The translations under genes and the position numbers were made by a program. Under the pieces are notes generated by a model, which was not told where the DNA came from, did no database searches, and saw nothing but the letters and a program-made list of their open reading frames with translations. From Candidatus Omnitrophota bacterium (GTDB lineage: Bacteria > Omnitrophota > Gorgyraeia > Duberdicusellales > 4484-171), in assembly GCA_021735445.1 (NCBI GenBank), contig JAIPHA010000004.1, positions 1,508 through 65,507 of the forward strand: a stretch of 64,000 nucleotides of DNA. Direction: 5' to 3'. Shown here piece after piece: positions 56,618 through 64,000 of this stretch; the stretch's first letter is position 1; each line of letters begins with the position of its first letter.

Positions 56618-58621
56618 ATGAAATTCAGTTTAAATTTTTTAAAACAATTTGTCGAAATTACAATTCCGGCCAAGGAATTAGCTAATAAGCTTACTCTGGC
56701 TGGTTTAGAAATCGAAAGCTTAAAGAAAGTATCGGATGATTGGGTTTTTGATGCCGAAGTTACTACTAACAGGTACGATTGGCTTTCTCTGCTTGGGGTT
56801 GCGCAGGAAGCAGCTGCTGTGTTGGGCAAAAAGGTAAAAATAAATTATCCCAAGATAAAAATAAGGCCCAGCCTAACGGATATAAGTGTTTTAGTAGAAG
56901 ACAAAAAAGATTGCCCTTATTATTTAGCCAGGGTGATAGAAGGTATTAAGGTAGCGCCTTCACCGGATTGGTTGAAAAAGCTTGTTGTAAATTGTGGTAT
57001 GGCTTCGGTAAATAATATTGTTGATATTACAAATTATTGTATGCTCAAATGGGGGAACCCCCTCCATGCTTTCGATAGGGATAAAATTGAAGGAGATATT
57101 CGGATAAGAAGGGCGAAAGAAAAAGAAGAGTTTATAGGTATCGACCAGAAGAGGCGAATTTTAAGCAAAGAAAATTTAATTATTGCTGATAGTAAAAAAA
57201 CCATTGCACTAGCCGGGGTCATGGGCGCTAAGAATACAGAAGTTACTCCTTCAACCGAAAATATATTTTTAGAAGCAGCTAAATTTTCTCCGGTTACCGT
57301 TAGGCGTTCACGCAGGCATTTGGGCCTTGATACCGAATCTTCTTACCGGTTTGAAAGAAGAGTGTCTGAGTTTTTTGTAAGCTATGCGTCGCAAGAGGCA
57401 ACTGATTTGATTGAAGAGCTAGCAAAAGGAAAAAATCCTAAGTTTAAAGAGATAGGCAAAAAAACGGAGAAACAACCGAAGGATATAATAATAAAATTAT
57501 CAGAGATGAAAAACTATCTGGGGACGGATTTTAAGGTAGGTAAAGTTAAGAAAATTTTAGAGTCCCTTAATTTCAAAATTAAAAAAGCAACAACAGATAA
57601 GATAAAGGTAAAACCTGCTTTGTCCCGGCTTGATATAGAAAGAGAAGTTGATGTTTATGAAGAGTTTGCAAGAATTTATGGTTATGACCGGATTAAAGCA
57701 AAGATACCTTTTTTAAAAAAATCTCAGAAAAATTTTTCTGTTTTAGGCAAAGAGGAAAAATTTTGGGAATTTAAAAATAAAATAAGAAGTTTTGTTTCTC
57801 TTTCCGGCTTTTCAGAAATTATTACCTATAGCATTGAAAATAACCAGGAGCTTTCTTTGTTTACAGAAAAGAGAGGTCCAAAATTAAAAAATCCTTTGCG
57901 CCGTCAGGAAGACAGCTTAAGGCCGGTTCTCTTGTTAGGGATGGTAAAAGCTGCAAAACACAATTTAAATAGAGGCAAGTCTGGCCTGAAATTTTTTGAA
58001 ATAGCAGATACCTATCAAGAGGATAAAAATAGCGTTAAAGAAAAGCCATTTTTATCGCTGGGAATAAGCGGGAAAAAAACAAAATTTTTTTTACTAAAGG
58101 GGCAGGTTTTAGAAATTTTAAATTATCTGAACATAACAACCGTTCAGTTTAAAGAATCTAAGAAAAAGAGCCTAGGCAATGCTTTAGAAGTTATTGTCAA
58201 AGGCAAAGTCATTGGGTTTTTGGGCAAAATTAATAAAAAAGAAAAAGGCCGGCTTGGGCTAAAAGAAGATTTATTTATATCCGAGCTTGACTTAAGATTG
58301 CTAGAGAAATACAAAAGGGATAAAAAATTCAAACCTTTTTCTAGATTTCCGGCAGTTGGGCGGGATATAAGTTTAGCTATAGAAGAAAAAATAAAGTTTA
58401 AAGAAGTTCGCAAAATTATAGAAGAAGAGGGAGAGTATTTGGTGGATTTAGCGGTTATTGATAGTTATCAGAGTAAAGAATTACCAAAGGGTTACTTTGC
58501 TTTTACCCTGAGGCTTTTTTACCAGTCAAAACTGAAAACATTGAATTCGAACGAAGTGGATGATTACCATAATAAAATTAGGGAAAAATTAGATAAAAAA
58601 ACCGGTATAATTTTAAGATAA
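56618..58621 (+). CDS. pheT: phenylalanine--tRNA ligase beta subunit (short form lacking the N-terminal OB tRNA-binding domain)
   Basis: B3/4, B5 and FDX-ACB regions; 667 aa. Confidence 0.9.
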   Translation: MKFSLNFLKQFVEITIPAKELANKLTLAGLEIESLKKVSDDWVFDAEVTTNRYDWLSLLGVAQEAAAVLGKKVKINYPKIKIRPSLTDISVLVEDKKDCPYYLARVIEGIKVAPSPDWLKKLVVNCGMASVNNIVDITNYCMLKWGNPLHAFDRDKIEGDIRIRRAKEKEEFIGIDQKRRILSKENLIIADSKKTIALAGVMGAKNTEVTPSTENIFLEAAKFSPVTVRRSRRHLGLDTESSYRFERRVSEFFVSYASQEATDLIEELAKGKNPKFKEIGKKTEKQPKDIIIKLSEMKNYLGTDFKVGKVKKILESLNFKIKKATTDKIKVKPALSRLDIEREVDVYEEFARIYGYDRIKAKIPFLKKSQKNFSVLGKEEKFWEFKNKIRSFVSLSGFSEIITYSIENNQELSLFTEKRGPKLKNPLRRQEDSLRPVLLLGMVKAAKHNLNRGKSGLKFFEIADTYQEDKNSVKEKPFLSLGISGKKTKFFLLKGQVLEILNYLNITTVQFKESKKKSLGNALEVIVKGKVIGFLGKINKKEKGRLGLKEDLFISELDLRLLEKYKRDKKFKPFSRFPAVGRDISLAIEEKIKFKEVRKIIEEEGEYLVDLAVIDSYQSKELPKGYFAFTLRLFYQSKLKTLNSNEVDDYHNKIREKLDKKTGIILR

Positions 58622-58641
58622 ATTTTATAAAAGTTCTTTAC

Positions 58642-58670
58642 TTGAAAAGAAAAGATGAGGCTGTTATAAT
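58642..58670 (+). promoter_or_regulatory. near-consensus sigma70-type promoter
   Basis: TTGAAA (58642-58647), 17 nt spacer, TATAAT (58665-58670). Confidence 0.55.
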
Positions 58671-58676
58671 TATATT

Positions 58677-58836
58677 CACCCTGCCTGTTGCGTTGGAGGT
58701 GTGAGCGCTACAGCCAACATCAGTCATAAGGGAGCCAAATTTCTTAAACAAAAGTTTAGGATGCGGTGCCCACCTGTGTGAGAAGAGGACTGATAGCGTT
58801 GGCCTCGAACGGACTTATGGTGGGGTTTATTTTTTT
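58677..58836 (+). ncRNA. candidate structured RNA (unclassified; sRNA/6S-like or cis-leader of the PAC2 gene)
   Basis: About 160 nt, GC-richer than its surroundings; long-range pairings (GCCAAC/GUUGGC, AUCAGUC/GACUGAU, CACC/GGUG), apical hairpin CUUAAAC-AAAA-GUUUAGG, ends in GGUGGGGUUUAUUUUUUU. Confidence 0.4.
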
Positions 58837-58842
58837 AAAAAA

Positions 58843-59814
58843 ATGGTTAAACAATTATCTAATCCAAAATTAAGACAACCGATTTTTATAGCCGCTTGGC
58901 CGGGCATGGGCGAAGTAGCTTACCGTAGTGCTTTGTTTTTAAAAGAAGCGATGAATTTCAAGGTATTTGCAAAGCTTGATATGGAAGATTTCTTTAAACC
59001 GGCGGCGGTAGTGGTTGAAGATGGAATAACCGATATCCCCAAACCCCCTACGGGTTTATTTTATTACTATAAAGGCAAGGAGGGGCCGGATATAGTTCTT
59101 TTTTTGGGTCAGGCTCAGCCTCCTTTAGAACATGCAGAAGAGCTTTCTTTAACTGTAATTAAATTTATTAAAAAATATAAACCACGATTAGTGGTTACTT
59201 TTGCCGCAAAACCGGAATCCGTTGACCATAAGCATAATTCTTCGTTGTGGTTAGCAACCACTCATTTATCTGTTGCCAAAAAATTTGAAAAAACTGAAAT
59301 TAAAATATTAAAAAAAGGCCAAATTAGCGGATTAAACGGTATTATTTTAGGCATAGCTAAACGTAAAGGGCTTAAGGGCGCTTGTCTTTTAGCCGAGATC
59401 CCCTTTTATACTGCACAAATCGAAAACCCTAAAGCTACGGCAGTTATTCTAGACTTGCTTGTTCATTTTTTCCGAATTAAACTGGATACCTCTTCTATTT
59501 GGAAAAGAGCAAAATTTATCGAAAAAGAGATAGATAAACTTATTAGTTATCTGAAAGGAGATGCCAAGCCGGAAGGCCCTACCCCTTTAAGCGAAGAAGA
59601 CGTAAGAAGAATTAAAAAAGATTTAGCAGCCTACACCAAGGTTCCCCAATCAGTTAGGAAGAACATCGAAAATCTTTTTAAAAAAGCAAAACGCGATATA
59701 GCTGCTGCCAGTGAATTAAAAAAAGAGCTTGATGACTGGAATGTCTATAAAGAATACGAAGACAGATTCCTTGATCTTTTTCGTAATAAAGGCAATGATA
59801 AGGGAACTCATTAA
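58843..59814 (+). CDS. PAC2 (proteasome assembly chaperone 2-like) family protein with a C-terminal coiled-coil extension
   Basis: PIFIAAWPGMGEVAYRSALFL typical PAC2 N-terminus; 323 aa. Confidence 0.55.
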   Translation: MVKQLSNPKLRQPIFIAAWPGMGEVAYRSALFLKEAMNFKVFAKLDMEDFFKPAAVVVEDGITDIPKPPTGLFYYYKGKEGPDIVLFLGQAQPPLEHAEELSLTVIKFIKKYKPRLVVTFAAKPESVDHKHNSSLWLATTHLSVAKKFEKTEIKILKKGQISGLNGIILGIAKRKGLKGACLLAEIPFYTAQIENPKATAVILDLLVHFFRIKLDTSSIWKRAKFIEKEIDKLISYLKGDAKPEGPTPLSEEDVRRIKKDLAAYTKVPQSVRKNIENLFKKAKRDIAAASELKKELDDWNVYKEYEDRFLDLFRNKGNDKGTH

Positions 59815-59934
59815 CTCCTCGTCGTTTTATTATTTTTTCAAAAGGTAAGTATGGTAAGAGTCTTTAAACCGGGCGTATGCGACCAAACAGCTTCAAACGG
59901 AAATGTTGCACAACGATAGCGTAGGTTAAATTAA

Positions 59935-60017
59935 GCGAGGGTGGCGGAATGGCAGACGCGCTAGCTTGAGGGGCTAGTGGTAGAAATATCGTAGGGGTTC
60001 AAGTCCCCTCCCTCGCA
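59935..60017 (+). tRNA. tRNA-Leu(GAG), class II
   Basis: GCGAGGGTGGCGGAATGGCAGAC, anticodon loop TTGAGGG, long variable arm, T-loop TTCAAGT. Confidence 0.88.
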
Positions 60018-60086
60018 TATTATTATTCATAAACAAAAAGCTCTTGTTAGCCAAGGAGTTATAACAGAGGGAAACGTCCCCTGAGG

Positions 60087-61016
60087 TTAGTCTTTACGGC
60101 GATCGAAGATATATTTACTTTCAGGAAATTTTTTGGCCAGGCCTTTTAATTCTGCGCCTCGTGAACCTATTTGAGCCACGTGGCTGAAGTTTTTTTGTTC
60201 ATTAGTTATTATCCCTATTGAAATAGTAGGAAAACTGAATTTTGAATGCTCACCGTCTCTGGTTTTTGCCTCGATATAACCCTTCTCCCTATCCTTTGTG
60301 TCAAAAAAATTAGGGGAAAAGCTATCAAATTTAGAAATTATATCTTTTGAAATTATTTCCGCTTTTTCGATGGAGGTTATTATTACAAAATCATCTCCGC
60401 CGATATGGCCAATAAAGTCACTAAATTGGCCTTTTTCCTGGATAGAGGCGGCAAGAATCCGGGAAGTTTCCTTGATGACCTCATCGCCCCTGCCAAAGCC
60501 ATAGTAGTCATTTAACGCTTTAAAATTATCTATATCTATGTAGAGGACGGCAAATTTCTCGTTAGTTTTTAATTTATTTTCTAACTCTTTATTTATCGAG
60601 ATATTCCCGGGAAGCCGGGTCAGAGGATTAGCGTCGAGGTTTAAGCTTGATCTTCTGATTAACATTCTGATCCTTGCGATTAATTCCTGAGGCAAAAAAG
60701 GTTTAGTCATATAATCATCAGCTCCAGATTCTAAACCTTTTACCTTGTCTTCCACTTCTCCTTTGCCGGTAAGCATTAGTACAGGTAAATTCATAAGTAA
60801 AACATTTTGTCTTATTTTTTTACAGATTTCGTCTCCATTTATATCGGGGAGCATATAGTCTAATATAAGCAAGTCCGGAGTATTCTCTTTTAGTTGGATA
60901 AAAGCCTGGCTGCCACTATCAGCCCTGAAAACTTCAAATTCGCTTTCTAAGGTAGCTTCTATTAAATCTAAAATGTCTAAATTGTCGTCTACAACTAGTA
61001 TTTTTAATTTATTCAT
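60087..61016 (-). CDS. response regulator with REC and GGDEF-type (GGDDF) output domain
   Basis: REC DDN...D...K pattern (LILDYMLPDING); LTRLPGN; YIDIDNFKALND; GHIGGDDFVII. Confidence 0.85.
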   Translation of the reverse strand: MNKLKILVVDDNLDILDLIEATLESEFEVFRADSGSQAFIQLKENTPDLLILDYMLPDINGDEICKKIRQNVLLMNLPVLMLTGKGEVEDKVKGLESGADDYMTKPFLPQELIARIRMLIRRSSLNLDANPLTRLPGNISINKELENKLKTNEKFAVLYIDIDNFKALNDYYGFGRGDEVIKETSRILAASIQEKGQFSDFIGHIGGDDFVIITSIEKAEIISKDIISKFDSFSPNFFDTKDREKGYIEAKTRDGEHSKFSFPTISIGIITNEQKNFSHVAQIGSRGAELKGLAKKFPESKYIFDRRKD

Positions 61017-62505
61017 CTTGTTTTTTTTCCAGGGTAAAGAAAAAAGAAGTCCCTTTACCTACTTCTGATTCAGCCCAGATTTTTTCTTTATGGCTATCAA
61101 TTATTCTTTTTACCAAAGAAAGCCCCAGGCCGCTTCCTTCGATTGCTCTTTTTTCCATGCTTTTTACCCGGTAAAATTCTTGAAATATTTTATCTAGATT
61201 TTCTTTAGACATTCCAAAACCGGTATCAGTGATAGATATTATAGCTTTTTTATTGTCATCTTTGCAACTAATTTTTATCTTTCCTTCCTCCGGCGTGAAT
61301 TTAATAGCGTTATTAAGAATATTAATTAAAACCCTTTCAATTAAATTCTTGTCCATATAGACAAAAAGTTTTTCCGGAGTATCTATTGTAATTTTTATAT
61401 TTTGGGCCTGGCTTTGCGGCTCAAAAAAGTCTGCAACATTGTTGATTAAAGCAACAATATCGTGAGGGATTATGTTTATTTCCATTTTACCCGATTCAAT
61501 CCGGGAGATGTCTAAAAGAGTGTTGACTATATCCATTAATTTATCAACATTTGTAACTACCTTGGTGAGCCGATCTTTGGCTTTATCCGGAAGCTTGCCA
61601 AATTTTTCCTCAGCCAGAAGTGAAGAAAACCCTTTAACCGAGGTAAGAGGGGTTCTTAGTTCGTGAGATACGCTGGAGATAAAATCTGATTTTGTCTTGC
61701 TAACGGTTTCTACTTTTTTTAAACTTTTGGCGAGTTCTTGGGTCCGGGTTTTTATTTTATTTTCCAAATCTTCTTTAGTTTTATAGATTTGTTCAAAAAG
61801 GTCTATGTTGCTAAGGCATTTAGCTAAATACATACAGAGGATTAAAAAAGAATTTTTGGTGGTTTCTCTGATAAATTTAGAGGAAGCCAGTTCGGCTAAA
61901 ACAAAAATGCTATAAATTTTATTTTTAGTCTTGATTGGGCAGACAAGTATATTTTTTGTATTTAATTTAAATGAAAGGGTTTTGCAGATTTCGGATTCAG
62001 GAGTCATTATGCTTTTTTCTTTCAGGTAATTTTTGTTTCTAAAAATGACATCAGAGATGGCTTTAATCTCTCCGGGACCGAAGCCATTTTGATATATTTG
62101 TTCTAAGTCGGGAAAATTTATAAGCAGACCCTTTTTAAAACCAAATTTTTGAATCAGATTGTTATCTATTTTAGAGAAAAGCTCATCAGTGCTAAGCAAG
62201 TGGAGGCTGGATAATATAAATTTTCTTAAAAGGCCAAGTTTGTTAGCCTGGTCCTCTATCTCTTGCTGGTATAGTTTAACATCCATATCGCTTTTTAAAA
62301 TTATTTTTGCCTGCTGGTCCAACCGTTCTAAAGAACAGTCTAGATTAGCAATAGTTTCTTTGAGGTTGGTTATAGTTTTTAATTTTTTGACGATATAGAT
62401 AAAAATGATAATTATAGATAAAGCAAAAAATAAAGTAATATTTAAAACAGTGTCAACGGAAACATTTATAATTTCAGATATTAAAAAAAAGCTAAGTCCA
62501 AACAT
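61009..62505 (-). CDS. sensor histidine kinase (TM, GAF-like, HisKA, HATPase_c)
   Basis: H-box SHELRTPLTS; N-box NAIKFT; G-boxes DTGFGM and GSGLGLS. Confidence 0.9.
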   Translation of the reverse strand: MFGLSFFLISEIINVSVDTVLNITLFFALSIIIIFIYIVKKLKTITNLKETIANLDCSLERLDQQAKIILKSDMDVKLYQQEIEDQANKLGLLRKFILSSLHLLSTDELFSKIDNNLIQKFGFKKGLLINFPDLEQIYQNGFGPGEIKAISDVIFRNKNYLKEKSIMTPESEICKTLSFKLNTKNILVCPIKTKNKIYSIFVLAELASSKFIRETTKNSFLILCMYLAKCLSNIDLFEQIYKTKEDLENKIKTRTQELAKSLKKVETVSKTKSDFISSVSHELRTPLTSVKGFSSLLAEEKFGKLPDKAKDRLTKVVTNVDKLMDIVNTLLDISRIESGKMEINIIPHDIVALINNVADFFEPQSQAQNIKITIDTPEKLFVYMDKNLIERVLINILNNAIKFTPEEGKIKISCKDDNKKAIISITDTGFGMSKENLDKIFQEFYRVKSMEKRAIEGSGLGLSLVKRIIDSHKEKIWAESEVGKGTSFFFTLEKKQDE

Positions 62506-63619
62506 TTAATAACAAGCCCCCGCTTTCTATACTGATATCCTGAGTTTGCAAATCAGGAAAAAGGTAGTAATCGGAATAGACGCCGAACATCTCTTTTTTA
62601 GGAAAAATTACCTCTTTTATATTTTCAATTTCTTGTGTCGATTTTTGGCCTAAAATTTTCCTTCTGTTTAAAGAGTTAATTATAAAAACAAGGCCTTCCC
62701 GGTCGTTCTTTTTTTCTCCCCAATTGGCCATAAGGTCTTCTCTGGAGTAGTGCTCTCTAAGGGTCATTAAATTACCTTTAGTTTTGTTTCTTAAATTTCC
62801 TCTGAATAGAAAAGAACCGTCTTCTAGTATATCAACTATAGTTAATAGCCGAAACGAATTTTTGCTTGATATTCCTAAGGGGTAATAAGTAAAAAGGCGG
62901 TTTTCGATGAAAGTGTTAAATTTTTCTTCAAAGTAATGTTTATAAATTTCTACAGCGGGTTTATTATTGATTTCATAAATTATTTGTTGTTTCGGGTTCA
63001 GCCGGGTTATAGTAAAGGGTTTACCGAAGATAACAAAATTTTGTAAGCGGAAAATATCGTTAGTAATACCATCAAAGGCTAAATTGACCAGGCCGTTGCC
63101 TACACCTTTTTTAAGGATAAAATCTGCCTGGGGAGAGTATTTATGGTGGCAGCCTGCTCCGGAAAAATTAATCAGTTTCCCTAAAGAAAACCTTAATCCT
63201 TCCAGAAAAGATAAAGAATTTATCTGGGGTGAGAGGAAGGATATAAGCTTTATGTCTTTTCTTTTAATCTGCTTAAAATGTTTTTTTAAATTATATTCGA
63301 TTTTTTCCGAATCCTGAGATCCGATAAATAAGCTATTAATATTGGTTTTTTCTTTACAAATACAGCAGCCGATAATGCCTTTTTCGATAAATTTATTTTT
63401 ATAGATTAAAAGAGGAGCTTGGACTCCAAGTAGATTAGGGTTGTTTAAAGTTAGGTTAAAGACCTGTGATAGCTCTTTAGGGTTATAGTCTGGAGTAAAA
63501 AGAATAAAGATAAAAAAAGGTTTGTTTCTAAATTTAGCCTTAATTTCTAAGGAAATTTGCTTTGCTGATTCAGCTGTGTTTTTTTGGCTTAAGTGGAGGG
63601 AATATTCATCATTTTTCAT
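62492..63619 (-). CDS. FIST-domain sensory protein
   Basis: 375 aa; size and pattern (EINNKPAVEIYKHYF...) fit FIST_N/FIST_C; overlaps the kinase gene. Confidence 0.5.
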   Translation of the reverse strand: MKNDEYSLHLSQKNTAESAKQISLEIKAKFRNKPFFIFILFTPDYNPKELSQVFNLTLNNPNLLGVQAPLLIYKNKFIEKGIIGCCICKEKTNINSLFIGSQDSEKIEYNLKKHFKQIKRKDIKLISFLSPQINSLSFLEGLRFSLGKLINFSGAGCHHKYSPQADFILKKGVGNGLVNLAFDGITNDIFRLQNFVIFGKPFTITRLNPKQQIIYEINNKPAVEIYKHYFEEKFNTFIENRLFTYYPLGISSKNSFRLLTIVDILEDGSFLFRGNLRNKTKGNLMTLREHYSREDLMANWGEKKNDREGLVFIINSLNRRKILGQKSTQEIENIKEVIFPKKEMFGVYSDYYLFPDLQTQDISIESGGLLLNVWT

Positions 63620-63746
63620 ATTTACTTTATGAGATAATGTTTTGGGCTCATTTTACTTTGTTTAAGCCCAGGGTAAAATCATTCCACAGGATAAAGCTTA
63701 TCATAAAGAAAAAAAGAAATCAATGCGTTAATCTATTGGTGTCAAG

Positions 63747-63796
63747 CCAAAGTTAAAATGTCCGGTTTTTACCAAAGTTAGAATGTCTGGTTTTAG
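63747..63796. repeat. two tandem 25-nt repeats upstream of the FIST operon
   Basis: ccaaagttaaaatgtccggttttta / ccaaagttagaatgtctggttttag; on the minus strand they are immediately followed by (abut) CTTGACA. Confidence 0.8.
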
Positions 63797-64000
63797 GTTT
63801 TCAATAAAACTAACTCTTCTTTGGCTTTTTTGTTTTCTAAACAAGCTTTTTTATCAAGCATCTTCTTATAAGAGTCTTTTCTCCAGGGATGATCAGAAGA
63901 AGGCCTGACAATCTTTCTGCTCTTAGGTTTTTGCTTTGCTTTTTTCAGCCTAGTTGTTATTGCTTTATATTTCAGCCTTCTTCCTTTGTAAGTAATGCGT
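63793..64000 (-). CDS. partial ORF (C-terminal 69 codons, runs off the right edge), Lys-rich, unknown function
   Basis: Open frame to the edge: ...[68 protein letters not shown]. Confidence 0.3.
   Translation of the reverse strand, partial: RITYKGRRLKYKAITTRLKKAKQKPKSRKIVRPSSDHPWRKDSYKKMLDKKACLENKKAKEELVLLKT

Noticed and set aside
58677-58836. Assignment of the structured RNA candidate to SRP RNA, tmRNA, RNase P RNA or a named riboswitch
   Set aside because: It lacks the SRP helix-8 GGAA/AGCA motifs, the tmRNA tag ORF and tRNA-like ends, the RNase P GAGGAAAGTCC box, and the conserved cores of the TPP, SAM, c-di-GMP, glycine, ZTP, fluoride and guanidine classes as I recall them. It is kept as unclassified.

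Overview
This window is an origin-proximal, mostly housekeeping stretch of an AT-rich bacterial chromosome. The lineage cannot be named from sequence alone; the gene content looks like a small-genome, uncultivated organism.

Gene content, left to right:
- Minus strand: a pseudopilin / T2SS-T4P-like operon, padR, accA, a LysM-YkuD transpeptidase, a tRNA cluster (Met, Asp, Val, Leu, Cys), rpoZ, gmk, yicC, ndk, parB, parA, yidC, yidD and rpmH.
- An rve-type IS element sits in the rpmH-dnaA spacer.
- Plus strand: dnaA, dnaN, a DUF721/DciA-like ORF, gyrB, gyrA, glmS, rsmI and pyrR-pyrB-pyrC.
- A roughly 6 kb insert follows (EndoQ-like nuclease, tRNA-Arg, SLOG/TIGR00725 protein, dUTPase-like protein, yjbQ, fpg, pabBC fusion).
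- Then pyrK-TSUP-pyrD-pyrF, a 7-gene V-type ATPase operon (E, DUF2764, A, B, D, I, K), thrS-infC-rpmI-rplT, trkA/trkA/trkH, pheS-pheT, a PAC2-family gene and a minus-strand FIST / histidine kinase / REC-GGDEF operon.

I found no CRISPR array, prophage or recognisable defence island.

The less ordinary signal is mostly non-coding:
1. A parS-like CACGTG cluster built into long hairpins beside parAB.
2. Two families of structured intergenic repeats placed directly in front of start codons. One has a three-helix core whose stems differ in sequence but keep pairing between copies. The other is built from heptamer-periodic CAA/TTG arms.
3. A promoter-to-U-tract structured RNA candidate upstream of the PAC2 gene.
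4. A heptanucleotide tandem repeat inside pyrK.
5. A pilus operon that appears wired to c-di-GMP through a stand-alone MshEN-like protein and a dead GGDEF domain that keeps its I-site.

Limits: everything was read by eye. RNA-gene ends may be off by 1-2 nt, repeat counts are not exhaustive, and no database search was run.
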